Source: an uncultured Spirochaetota bacterium
GTDB taxonomy: Bacteria > Spirochaetota > Brevinematia > Brevinematales > JAOACQ01
Assembly: GCA_963783575.1 (NCBI GenBank)
Contig: CAWAOD010000004.1
Location: forward strand, 33,881 to 97,880
Length of the DNA stretch: 64,000 nt
Reading direction: 5' to 3'
Shown piece after piece: positions 21,050 to 31,343 of the stretch. Within the stretch, counting starts at the first letter, position 1, and the number at the start of each line of letters is the position of its first letter. The notes below the pieces were generated by a model. That model did no database searches, had not been told where the DNA came from, and saw only the letters and a list, made by a program, of their open reading frames with translations. The translations under genes and the position numbers were made by a program.

Positions 21050-23743
21050 TTACTTTTTTACCTGGTCTTCTATTACAGCCTGGGCTGCGGCAAGCCTTGC
21101 AATCGGTACCCTGAAAGGAGAGCAGGAAACATAGTTCATTCCGACTCTATGGCAGAATTTGACTGACTTAAGCTCTCCGCCATGTTCTCCGCAGATTCCG
21201 ACTTCAAGATCTTTACGCGTGCTTCTTCCTTTTTCTATGCCCATTTTAACAAGTAGTCCTACGCCGTTTTGATCGAGGGACTGGAAGGGATCATCTTTGA
21301 ATATGCCTGCTTTCTTTTCATCCACATAATCCGGTAAAAATCTTCCGGCATCATCCCTTGACATTCCAAGCGTCATCTGGGTAAGATCGTTTGTCCCGAA
21401 AGAGAAGAATTCGGCTACTTCCGCGATCTGATCGGCAAGAAGAGCTGCCCTTGGAACTTCGATCATTGTTCCGACAAGATATTTTACCTTCTGGCCTGTT
21501 TTCTTAATGATTTCATCGGCAACTTTTCTTGTCCTTTCCTCAAGAATCTTGAGTTCTTTTCTGTCAATCACAAGAGGATGCATAATTTCCGGTTCGACTT
21601 TGATTCCCGCTTTGGCGCATTCGCAAGCGGCTTCAATTATTGCAGTTACCTGCATATCTAGAATTTCAGGGTAGGTAATGCATAATCTGCATCCACGGTG
21701 GCCGAGCATCGGATTTGCTTCGTGGAGCTGTTCGACTCTAAGTTTAACCTTTTCAAAAGGAACGCCGATTTTTTGCGCGAGTTCCCTCTGTTTGGGTTCG
21801 TCATGCGGTACAAACTCATGGAGCGGCGGGTCGATAAGACGAATTGTAACAGGCAGGCCGTCCATTTCCTTGAAAATTCCGCTGAAATCGGCTCTCTGGA
21901 ACGGCAGAAGTTTGGCAAGCGCTTTTTTTCTTTCTTCAACAGTATCTGCCACTATCATCTCCTGGATCGCTTCCCTTCTTTCCTCCGTATCAAAGAACAT
22001 ATGCTCTGTCCTGCAGAGACCTATGCCCTGGGCGCCGAGTTCTCTCGCATGCTTAGCGTCATAAGGAGTATCGGCATTAGTTCGGACTTTGAGCTTTCTG
22101 ACTTCGTCGGCCCAGCTCATCAAAGTATTGTAAGATTCGGGAAGCTGCGGCTTTATAAGTTTCAAAGCCGTCATATATACATCGCCGGACGATCCGTTCA
22201 AAGTTATCTCATCGCCTTCCTTAACTACCTTATCGCCTACTCTGAATAATTTTTTAGTGTAATCTATATCAAGCTTTTCACACCCGACAATACAGCATTT
22301 CCCCCAGCCTCTGGCAACAACAGCGGCGTGCGATGTTTTACCGCCGGTGGCTGTTAAAATACCGGCAGCGGCATGCATTCCGCCAACATCTTCAGGAGAA
22401 GTTTCTTTTCTTACAAGTATGACCTTTTCTCCTCTTTCCGCCCACTCTTCAGCGTCTTTAGCATTAAATACAACTCTGCCAGAAGCGGCGCCCGGTACCG
22501 CGTCGATCCCCTGTACAAGGAAGTTCTTTTTTAAAGCTTCTTTCTGTGACGGGTCGATTACAGGGTAGAATATGCCTTCGATATCTTTATCCTTGATTCT
22601 CATGATAGCCTGTTCTTTTGTTATCAGGCTTTCTTTTACCATATCAACAGCGATCTTGAAAGCCGCAAACGGAGACCTTTTACCGGTCCGGCACTGAAGC
22701 ATATAGAGCTTTCCTTCTTCCACTGTAAACTCAAGGTCCTGCATTTCTTTATAGTGGTGCTCAAGGGTTTTTCTCACTTCAACAAGCTGCTTGTAAGCCT
22801 TGGCATCGGCTTTTTCGAAATCCGAAAGCTTAATTGGAGTCCGGATACCTGCAACGACATCCTCGCCCTGGGCGTTTATCAGATAATCGCCGTAGAATAC
22901 ATTGTCTCCGCTGTTCGGATCTCTTGTAAAGCAGACCCCGGTGCCGGAAGTGTCGCCCATATTGCCGAAGACCATCTGCACAACATTTACTGCGGTTCCG
23001 ATTACGCCCTGGATTTTTTCAACTTTTCTGTAAGTCACAGCCTTATCGGCCATCCATGAACCGAAAACAGCGCCGATTGCCCCCCAGAGCTGTTCTTTCG
23101 GATCTTGGGGAAAATCTTTCCCGATTTCCTTTTTATAAAGATCTTTAAAGACCTTTATCAATTCCTGAAGCTCTTCCGCGTCGACATCGGTATCGTTCAC
23201 TTTCTTATCTGCGGAAAAATTCAGTCTTTTCCTGGTTTTGTCATTTTTAATCTTATCGAATGCATGATCGAATTTCTCGCGTTCGATCCCCATCGCTGTT
23301 GAACCGTACATCATAATGAATCTTCTGTACGCATCCATTGCAAACCGCTTATTGCCTGTCTTTTTTGCAAGGCCTTCAACGGATTTGTCGGTTAAACCGA
23401 GATTGAGGATGGTTTCCATCATACCCGGCATGGAAATGGGAGCGCCTGAACGGACAGAAACAAGCAGGGGATCGTTCGGATCTCCGAGCTTTTTAGCGAC
23501 AACTTTTTCAAGCCTTGCAAGATGTTCTTCCACTTCTTTGTCAAGACCTTCCGGATATTTTTTGCCGTTTTTATAAAATAAATCGCAAACTTCCGTGGTA
23601 ATGGTGAATCCACCCGGAACCGGAAGTCCGATAGCCGTCATTTCGGCAAGCCCAGCTCCTTTCCCGCCCAGAAGCTCCTTCATTGCGCCGTCACCTTCGG
23701 CTTTTCCACCGCCGAAGAAATAGACATACTTACTCTTTGACAT
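21050..23743 (-). CDS. ppdK: Pyruvate, phosphate dikinase
   Basis: 897 aa. It contains the N-terminal GGKGAGLAEM ATP-grasp motif, the phospho-histidine motif GGKTSHAAVVARGWG and the C-terminal PEP-utilising motif GICGEHGG. Confidence 0.95.
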   Translation of the reverse strand: MSKSKYVYFFGGGKAEGDGAMKELLGGKGAGLAEMTAIGLPVPGGFTITTEVCDLFYKNGKKYPEGLDKEVEEHLARLEKVVAKKLGDPNDPLLVSVRSGAPISMPGMMETILNLGLTDKSVEGLAKKTGNKRFAMDAYRRFIMMYGSTAMGIEREKFDHAFDKIKNDKTRKRLNFSADKKVNDTDVDAEELQELIKVFKDLYKKEIGKDFPQDPKEQLWGAIGAVFGSWMADKAVTYRKVEKIQGVIGTAVNVVQMVFGNMGDTSGTGVCFTRDPNSGDNVFYGDYLINAQGEDVVAGIRTPIKLSDFEKADAKAYKQLVEVRKTLEHHYKEMQDLEFTVEEGKLYMLQCRTGKRSPFAAFKIAVDMVKESLITKEQAIMRIKDKDIEGIFYPVIDPSQKEALKKNFLVQGIDAVPGAASGRVVFNAKDAEEWAERGEKVILVRKETSPEDVGGMHAAAGILTATGGKTSHAAVVARGWGKCCIVGCEKLDIDYTKKLFRVGDKVVKEGDEITLNGSSGDVYMTALKLIKPQLPESYNTLMSWADEVRKLKVRTNADTPYDAKHARELGAQGIGLCRTEHMFFDTEERREAIQEMIVADTVEERKKALAKLLPFQRADFSGIFKEMDGLPVTIRLIDPPLHEFVPHDEPKQRELAQKIGVPFEKVKLRVEQLHEANPMLGHRGCRLCITYPEILDMQVTAIIEAACECAKAGIKVEPEIMHPLVIDRKELKILEERTRKVADEIIKKTGQKVKYLVGTMIEVPRAALLADQIAEVAEFFSFGTNDLTQMTLGMSRDDAGRFLPDYVDEKKAGIFKDDPFQSLDQNGVGLLVKMGIEKGRSTRKDLEVGICGEHGGELKSVKFCHRVGMNYVSCSPFRVPIARLAAAQAVIEDQVKK

Positions 23744-23797
23744 ATCTCTATAACCTCCAAAATTTTAATCTATAGTATATTTTATAAACTCTTCTTT

Positions 23798-23826
23798 ATT
23801 TTAAAGTAAAAACGCAATTTTTGCAA
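23798..23826 (-). promoter_or_regulatory. sigma70-like promoter for ppdK
   Basis: On the minus strand: TTGCAA, a 17-nt spacer, then TAAAAT, about 55 nt upstream of the ATG, which is preceded by GGAGG. This rests on a consensus match only. Confidence 0.45.
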
Positions 23827-23883
23827 TATTATTTTGATGGGATTTACAGTACAACAAAGAAAATAGAATGATAAGAATATTAA

Positions 23884-24261
23884 TCAGTCAATAAAATCAA
23901 CACTTTTAAGCATAGGATAATGTTTTTTATTAAGTGTCCACAATTTTAAATTATTAATTATAGCGGCGGAACAGATTATTGCGTCTAAAATAGTTACATT
24001 ATGAGATTTTGAAAATTGATTTACAAAATAACCCGCAGTTTCTCCGATATTTTTATCTATTCCGATACAGTTTAAAGAATCAATAAAAATGGATGTTTTT
24101 ATCTTTTCATTTTCCCGTATGCCGGCGAATATCTCAGAAATCTGGACAGGAGTAATGAATAGTAATCCGTTAGCATCCAAAACAATCTGCTTAAACCTTT
24201 TTATAATTTTTTCATTACCTCTAAAAATCCATATTAAAATATCGGTGTCGATCATTATCAT
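23884..24261 (-). CDS. vapC: PIN-domain toxin VapC
   Basis: 125 aa beginning MIMIDTDILIW (the first PIN acidic residue), with later conserved D/E positions. It shows a 4-nt ATGA overlap with the upstream small gene. Confidence 0.8.
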   Translation of the reverse strand: MIMIDTDILIWIFRGNEKIIKRFKQIVLDANGLLFITPVQISEIFAGIRENEKIKTSIFIDSLNCIGIDKNIGETAGYFVNQFSKSHNVTILDAIICSAAIINNLKLWTLNKKHYPMLKSVDFID

Positions 24262-24491
24262 ATTGTCCTATCCCGCCTTTTGTCTTCAATATATTCATTG
24301 ACATTGAAATCAAGATCTTTCCAGATGCCTGAAACTTCATCAACATTTTTTATGATGTCTTCAATTTTTAATTTCATTTTACCCTTTAAACTTTCCCTGA
24401 TTAATTCTGAAATCGATTTTTTTTCTATTTCACTTTCCTTTTCTAGATATTCATAAGTCGCTTCATCTATATATATCTGGGTTCTTTTCAT
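24258..24491 (-). CDS. vapB: Ribbon-helix-helix antitoxin (VapB/CopG-like)
   Basis: 77 aa with an RTQIYIDEATYEYLEKESE RHH-type N-terminus. It is translationally coupled to vapC. Confidence 0.7.
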   Translation of the reverse strand: MKRTQIYIDEATYEYLEKESEIEKKSISELIRESLKGKMKLKIEDIIKNVDEVSGIWKDLDFNVNEYIEDKRRDRTI

Positions 24492-24696
24492 TAAAAAACT
24501 CCTTTAATGTATACATACATCATTATAAATCATAATTTATATTATTTCAAAATTAATTCATAAATGATTCCACTCTAAAAAGCCATTTTTTTAGAAAATT
24601 CACTATTGGAAAATATAGAGTTACAATACTCAAAATTGCTATTTTTAGCCTTTTTAGAGTGGACTCATAAATATTAGCTGAAATTAAAATTCTGAA

Positions 24697-26473
24697 TTAT
24701 TTTTTGCGTTTAAGCACTAAAACTATAGTATCGTCCGAGAATTCTTCACTTCCGACAAACTCGATAAGATCATTTATCAAACTCATAATTATTTGCTGGG
24801 AGGTTCCAATCGGGACATTTTTAATCGATTCAAGAACCCGGTCCGGTCCGTATTCCTCACCGTTTTTGTTTATGCTTTTAATGAAGCCGGCGGAGAACAT
24901 AACAATAAAATCATCACGGTTCATGCTCGAAACTGAGGGTTTTATATTCATTTTGCGATTCACCGATTTTCATACCCAGAACCGGGCCCTTTATATCTAT
25001 ATCGTTATATTTTATTATACCTGTGCTGTTTTCCGCCGCATCCCTGTAATATATATCGTTATAATCCGCATTAACATACTCAAGCCTTTCTTCTTTTATC
25101 CTCAGCATTATTCCGGTTCCATAATACTCCGTTTTCCCAAGTTCATCAGCCAGGGAATCATTTATATTCTGGAGAATTTTCCCCAGGACATTCTTATGTG
25201 CCTGTTTAAAGTTTTCATTCACAAGGGAATCTAGTAAAAGCGCAACAAGAGCCGAAGAAATTCCTTTCCCGGATATGCTGAACAGCCATAATCCGCTCGG
25301 ATTCCGGTTTTCCATATAATAATTATAAAATACACATGATATTTCCGATTTCGGCTTAAAATAATATGCAAGGTCCCAATCATCCATGGCCGGTATTTTT
25401 TGAGGGTAAACCAGGCGCTGCAATTTACCTGCAATCAATAGATCCTGACCTGTCTTTTTATGAAAATCCTTTATTTTTTGTGCGGAATTTTCCAGATGAT
25501 CCATTAAAATATTAAACCGCATCCCGATTGTCGAAATGTCATCTTTACAGCGTAGCTTATTAACCTTACAGCTTTCGCAGTCTTTGACTTCACCGGCTAT
25601 GATGTGCGGACAGGACACCCCATTGCCGAAAATTTCGGCCGGAGAACCGAATTCGTATGAACAGTTTTCATCAAAATTATCATACATCCGGCAGTCTTTT
25701 TTTTCACAGTTTTTAACGGAAGAACAGGCAATTTTTGATAAAGGGAACCTGGCCGCAAGATTGCCGTTCATTATATCTTCAAGCACGCTGAATAAGCGGT
25801 CTGCCGGGGCTGAAATTGTCCGGAATAAAAGTAATGCCGCGCAAATTATTATTAGAATAATAGACAATGTGTATATTATTGCGGAGGATATTATCCTGCC
25901 TGATAATATTTCTGCTTTTTTTCGATTAAAATCGGCAAAGTTGTTCCAAATTTTATCAATTTTAGCGGTTGAATCTAATAAATCATTGAATTGCCCTATA
26001 AGATATTGATCGCTCATTATCAGTTTTTTCTCATCCGGGTTTTTGGTTTGTTTAACGGAAAAACCGATGATGCTGACATGGAACTTATCAAGCAAACCAA
26101 GTAAATCCCGGCCTTCATTGCTTTCAATAAAACTTGAAATATTGCTTATTTTTAAGAAAATTAAATTCCATTGCTTTTTACCCTCGGATAGAAAATTTCC
26201 ATTTTCTATATTGATTTTATTCTGAAAGGATTCAAAATCCTGTACGTTTGTTTTCCAGATAAAAAAACTATCTGAATGGTCTGCTTTAACGATTAAGATT
26301 TCCTCCGTAAAAAACTTTAAATTATTCCATTTTGCAAGAGCGGATATTGACATTCGGGCATTTTCACCGTATTTATTTATTTTTGTTAATGAAAGAAAAA
26401 CCATAATAATCGTACCGGCAGGAATAATGAGCATTAATAATGCAACCCAGAAAAGTTTTTTAAATATTTTCAT
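24697..26473 (-). pseudogene. Membrane sensor HAMP / Cys-rich module / PP2C (SpoIIE, RsbU-like) phosphatase, split by one frameshift
   Basis: ORF 24914-26473 carries two TM segments, a HAMP domain and the first PP2C motifs. ORF 24697-24963 carries the end of the PP2C domain (DDFIVMFSAGF...DDTIVLVLKR). The two ORFs overlap by 50 nt in different frames. Confidence 0.75.
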
Positions 26474-26659
26474 AAAAAGCCTCTCTTTAAATTTGATAAA
26501 ATTTTGGATTTTGTTAAATATTTATTAATTTTATCGGCATCATTGGATACTTATGTAAAGAGATCAAAAATACCAAGCGAATCCTGAAATTAAATTCATT
26601 CTGCAATAATGCCAGGTGTTATACGTCTATAAAAAGAGATCTTAATCCGGGAGGATAGT

Positions 26660-27671
26660 ATGGAAATTGTTAAAGTTATTGGAATAATTATTTCGTTTAT
26701 TGCAGGCTTAATACTGGTTATTCTCGGCTGTACTTCCGTCTGGAATATTATTGAATTTAAAAAATGGCATTCTCAACCTGCAGCGACCGGAAAAATTATT
26801 AATTCGGGAGACCTTTTACTTTATATAAGAATAAAAGGAATTGGCAGCCCGGCTGTTGTCATAGTTCCGGGGCTTGGGAACTCCTCAACCGAATGGTGGA
26901 AAATCCAGGATGAATTGTCAAAATTTACCAGAGTCTTTACATATGACCGCTCAGGTTATGGCTTGAGCTGCGCAATTCCAGATAATGGCGTTCAAATTAC
27001 AGCTAAGATAAGGGCAGAGGAACGTACATGCCCTGTTAAGCAATGCAGGGATTCAATCTCCTTATATTCTGGCCGGCCATTCATACGGAGGATTGATTAT
27101 TGCTGAATTTGCGGCCATGTACCCGGGAGAAACCGCCGGGGTGGTTCTTGTTGATGCCGTTCCGGCGGGGAATAATAAATTTAAGGAGAAAATCAATGCC
27201 GGGGTTTATCGTTCATTTGTTGATAAAACATCTATGATAAAAATAATGAATATAGCCGGGCAACTGGGTTTAATCAGATTATTCCAGCTTGTTCCTTATA
27301 ATCTTCCCACTGATTTAAGGCAGGCCGTAGTTGAACATTTATCATCCCCTTATCTGGCAGGTACAGTTTTAAATGAAAATGAGAATCTTGGAAAAAGCAT
27401 TTCCGAATTCAAGAAAATAAGGAATAACTTCCCGGATGTCCCATTACAGGTTATATGCAGGACGCCGGAAATATCAGTTGAATGGATGACAAATAAAGGA
27501 ATTTCTTATGAAGAAGCCGTTAAAGTCGAAAATTTGTGGCAGGATTTGTCAAAGGATTACCTGAAACTTTCAACTAAAAGCAAATGGATATTGGCTGAAA
27601 AATCAGGACATTCGATTCATCTTGACAGGCCGGAGATTGTGATTGATGCTATTAAGGAATTAATTCGCTGA
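26660..27671 (+). pseudogene. Alpha/beta-fold hydrolase, split by one frameshift near 27012-27022
   Basis: The N-terminal part reads VVIVPGLGNSSTEWW...YDRSGYGLS. The nucleophile elbow ILAGHSYGGLIIAEF is readable only in the frame of ORF 27093-27671, which opens after a TAA at 27008-27010. Confidence 0.75.
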
Positions 27672-28127
27672 AGACGAGATCTTTTATAAAATTCTAATGG
27701 AACATCTTTATTCCCAAGGTTTCTGCAACATTTTACAGAACTAACATTCGGCGGGTTTTATTATAGGGGAGTTTTTCTTGGTGTCATATTCCTAAGTATA
27801 CTTGGCTGGTAGAATATTGTAAAAAATCTGGGCTTATGGAATGGAATAATGACATTTATTTGTAGTGAATTGTAAAAGACAGATTTCTCACTGAAATTTC
27901 TCGTTTTGTGAGCTGACCATAATAGAGAATAAAATCGACATGGATGGCAAAAATTTATCATTGTGAAAACATCCTATTTCCACAAATACAAATTTGACAT
28001 AATCCTATCGCTGTTTTATCATCTTTTGATATAAAGTAAGAAAAAATAGTTGAAAAAATGTATCTATCGGCTAAATGGAAGCTACTGATTTTTTAAAGGA
28101 AACTTTTTATATTGAGAGGAGGTTCCG

Positions 28128-28598
28128 ATGAAAAGAACTCTTATGCTCAATTTAGTTGTTTTTGCTTTGATGGCCGTATCTTTAATCAGCGGCTGTGGAG
28201 TAAGCGGAAAATCGTTTGTAAAGGTTGATCAAATCGAAAACAACAAAGGGCTTGTTTATTTATATCGGCCTTATGTTTACGAGGGACTAGTTCCAATGGG
28301 AACGGCCAATATTATGGGATGGGAGAAATTCCCTATATCAGCTAATGGTAAGTTTATTGGTAATGTTCTAAACGGAGGATATTACTACATATTCTTAGAT
28401 CCGGGAACTACAGTATTCACAATGCCATATGGTCCCGATATAATTAGCAATACGGTGGAGATAAAACCAAGGGAAACATATTATTTAAAATGCCGGATGG
28501 TCGAAGCTCTTGTATCGGAATGGCCATCAATAGATTCTGTTACAGAAGCTGTAGCCATGCCCGATATTAAAAAATGTAAATTGATCGTAAAAGATTAA
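28128..28598 (+). CDS. Lipoprotein, DUF2846-like
   Basis: An RBS GGAGG is present, with lipobox LISGCG. The GLVYLYRP...GYYYIFLDPGTTVF pattern resembles DUF2846 lipoproteins. The family call is tentative. Confidence 0.55.
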   Translation: MKRTLMLNLVVFALMAVSLISGCGVSGKSFVKVDQIENNKGLVYLYRPYVYEGLVPMGTANIMGWEKFPISANGKFIGNVLNGGYYYIFLDPGTTVFTMPYGPDIISNTVEIKPRETYYLKCRMVEALVSEWPSIDSVTEAVAMPDIKKCKLIVKD

Positions 28599-28866
28599 TT
28601 TTTGGTTCAAAGACTAATCACTTGTAACTACAGAACTGCCTTAATAATGCGATAGATTACCTTACTGATGTCTATGCCGATGTAGCAGTTTTAATGGTAT
28701 GCAGTAATGCTATTGAAAATCTTGCCAATCTGGCCTAATACCAACAAAGCTGCAATCAGATGCAAAATAGCTCTACTCTCTTTTTATGCATATTATCACA
28801 TACATGGTCATCAATTCCTTAAATAATTCGGGAAATGGTACGATGCTGCCCGCGGCTGGCCAATCC

Positions 28867-29292
28867 TTATTTCCAAATCGCTAAAATTCCGCCATATAAT
28901 GCATAGGTAATGAGGTATAATACATTATTAATGACCAATACTACTGATTTTCGTCCTTCAAACCGTGTGTTCAAGCTATGGGTTAATGCAAAAGTAAACC
29001 AGGCAACCAATCCAACCAATGCTCCTGTCATGAAATCATTCACTTTTAAGCTGTGGATAAAAACTTGCAATCCATAGGACAAAATGAATGTGGCTAATAG
29101 ACCCCCAGCCATCAATAAAGGCATAGCCTTTTTATCCTCTTCACTCATTTCTTTCTTGTTTGGGTCCATTCCAACTCCCAATTGCCATGCTTTAAACCAT
29201 GGAACCATGGGTGAATAATAGAGCCAACTCAGGACAAAATTAGCTAAACCAATAACAATTAAGGGCAAAACTGAAACAGTAAAATCTAACAT
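28867..29292 (-). CDS. DUF1761-like integral membrane protein
   Basis: 141 aa with four hydrophobic segments. The N-terminus FVLSWLYYSPMVPWFKAW resembles the DUF1761 signature. Confidence 0.55.
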   Translation of the reverse strand: MLDFTVSVLPLIVIGLANFVLSWLYYSPMVPWFKAWQLGVGMDPNKKEMSEEDKKAMPLLMAGGLLATFILSYGLQVFIHSLKVNDFMTGALVGLVAWFTFALTHSLNTRFEGRKSVVLVINNVLYLITYALYGGILAIWK

Positions 29293-29350
29293 AATACTCC
29301 TCCTGTAAATATTATAATCCGAAGCAAAGTTGTGTAATTTTTTTCAACAT

Positions 29351-29497
29351 CTATTTCTCTTGATTTTCATTAACTCTAAATTTAACAATCCTTTTAATTA
29401 ATGCTATTGGCAGCGGTTGATCATAAGGAAATTGGACGGTTCCACGCCCGCTTTGTTTGTATTCCTTTAATTCATTTAGGACTTTTGATACTGTCGC
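29351..29497 (-). pseudogene. 3' remnant of a DUF1801 (YdhG-like) gene
   Basis: The minus-strand translation is ATVSKVLNELKEYKQSGRGTVQFPYDQPLPIALIKRIVKFRVNENQEK*. This matches the characteristic C-terminus of DUF1801 proteins. The frame is closed by a TAA immediately upstream and has no start codon. Confidence 0.5.
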
Positions 29498-29941
29498 TTA
29501 CCCAGCTTATATTAAAAATTTAGTGATGGCATCATTTTTTGTCAAGGTACTTTTGAAAATATATTATTTGTGAATTCCTTATGAAATATTTCCACTGGAT
29601 GTCTTGTTTAGCCTATTTTAAAATCAATCAGGCTACATCCAAAAACTGCTTTAAATATAATTTTAAAAAACATTTTTTGAAATAACTGAACTCTTTTTCC
29701 ATCTTACGAGAGCTTCTAAGAACCCCTGGCCCATATAAACCAAGATTGTAAATAGTTGAAAAATAAACAGGCAGGGGTACGATCAAAAGGAACAGAAGTC
29801 TGATGACTTGACGGTTAAGAACCATTTTGTAAACGGACATCTATAAAACTGATAGTTAAACAAAATTACCCGGAACAGCCGGCCAATAACCACAAAGAAT
29901 CGATGATCTCAAATTATTATTAACTGTAAAAGAACAGTTTT

Positions 29942-30117
29942 AATCAATATTGAAACCAAGTAGCCATGGGCACAAGGACTGTGCCATGATATCCGCCCAA
30001 TTTGTCTCAACTAGCCGAACGAAAGTTCGGCAGCAACACGATGTTGCACAGCGTAATGATTGCGCAAATGGCCACCGCCCCTCGGGCGGAATTTTCGATA
30101 TTCTTCCAATATAAAAA
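29942..30117 (+). repeat. Dispersed repeat family 2, copy 1
   Basis: It shares ordered blocks with the reverse complement of 56745-56900: CCAAGTA(A/G)CCATGGG(A/C)ACA, then GCCGAA-loop-TTCGGC, then GCAACAC..GTTGCA.AG, then CGATAT. Confidence 0.55.
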
Positions 30118-30181
30118 TGAGTTATTTTATACTTTTTCCTTTATAATCATGTAAACAAAATCCTGTATAAAAGAGATAAAT

Positions 30182-31281
30182 ATGAAAATATTATCACTCC
30201 TGATTATTCCCATGTTTTTATTGCTTTTCATTTGCCAATGGGCAAATGGAGAAGAGTCCGGACTTTTTCAATTAAAAGACTATCTTAGCAACACCCGTTA
30301 TCCCCAGGATTACTGGCAGATTTCAACTCCCGAAATCCTGGGTTTGAAAGCCGGCAAATTAATGAAAGCGGTTGAATTTATTGAAAATTATGAGTATGAG
30401 ATTCACAGTTTTCTGATTGTAAAAAAGGGTGTCTTATATTTGAGCGATACGGGCATAATATAAAAGATAAGCATCAAATTGAACCCTTTGAAAGGCATAC
30501 CTTATATTCCACAACGAAAAGTTTTATCTCCTGCCTTATCGGTTTTGCGATACAGGAAAAATATATTTCAGGTGTGAATGATAAGATGATAACTTATTTT
30601 AATAATATTCCTGTTGAAAATATGTCGGCAAGAAAATCGAATATAACCATAGCCGATTTACTGACAATGAGAAGCGGATATGACTGGCATGACTCCGCCG
30701 GCAGCGATCCTGTCTTTTCTTCTGCAAATCCGGTCTCCCAGTTATTAAACAGGTCTATGATAGCGGAGCCGGGAACACAATGGAATTATGATACCGGAAG
30801 CTGCCACATATTGTCGGCAATATTGTCAAGAACAACCGGGAAAAGCGCGCTTGAATACGCAAATCAAAAATTGTTCATGTCTCTTGGAATAACCAATATA
30901 GCCTGGGATGCCGATAAAACCGGCCTTAATTTCGGCGGGTTCGGTCTTGAGCTGACTCCAAGGGATATGGCTAAATTCGGCTATCTTTACCTGAAAAAAG
31001 GAAAATGGAATGGGGTACAACTCATTTCGGAGGAATGGATAAACGATTCCACAAAGGTTTATTCCGATACTTACTGGCCGTCAATGGGCAAATACGGATA
31101 CCTTTTCTGGATTCCGGACTCGAGATTTTATTGTACAAGCGGGCTTTACGGCCAGAAGATTTACATTTTTCCGGGGCTGGATATGGTTGTGGTTTTCACT
31201 GCCAATCTTCCTGTCGCAATTGCCGAAGATACGCTGAATAATATTGTATTGAATTTCATACTTCCGGCTGCTGAGAATTAA
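30182..31281 (+). pseudogene. Beta-lactamase-family serine hydrolase, split by a frameshift at an A-run (about 30420-30426)
   Basis: The signal peptide and N-terminus are in frame 2 up to IVKKG. Frame 1 continues KKGCLIFERYGHN...LYSTTKSFISCLIG (SxxK motif) into ORF 30574-31281. Confidence 0.75.
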
Positions 31282-31343
31282 TCCTCAGGCTTTCATAACT
31301 GTTTTTTAACCAATTTATCTCAGAATAAGGAATTGGTATTCTT

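Noticed and set aside
21658-23613. Multiple ORFs (60-183 aa) overlapping ppdK on both strands
   Set aside because: All lie inside the 897-aa PPDK gene, which carries unmistakable family motifs. The overlapping translations have no motifs and are typical of GC-richer coding DNA.
24569-24663. 15/16-nt inverted repeat (TCCACTCTAAAAAGCC ... GCCTTTTTAGAGTGGA) spaced about 63 nt apart, upstream of vapBC
   Set aside because: It could be a small MITE or an operator. There is no second copy in the window, no target duplication, and the spacing is too wide for a simple RHH operator. The evidence is insufficient to call it.
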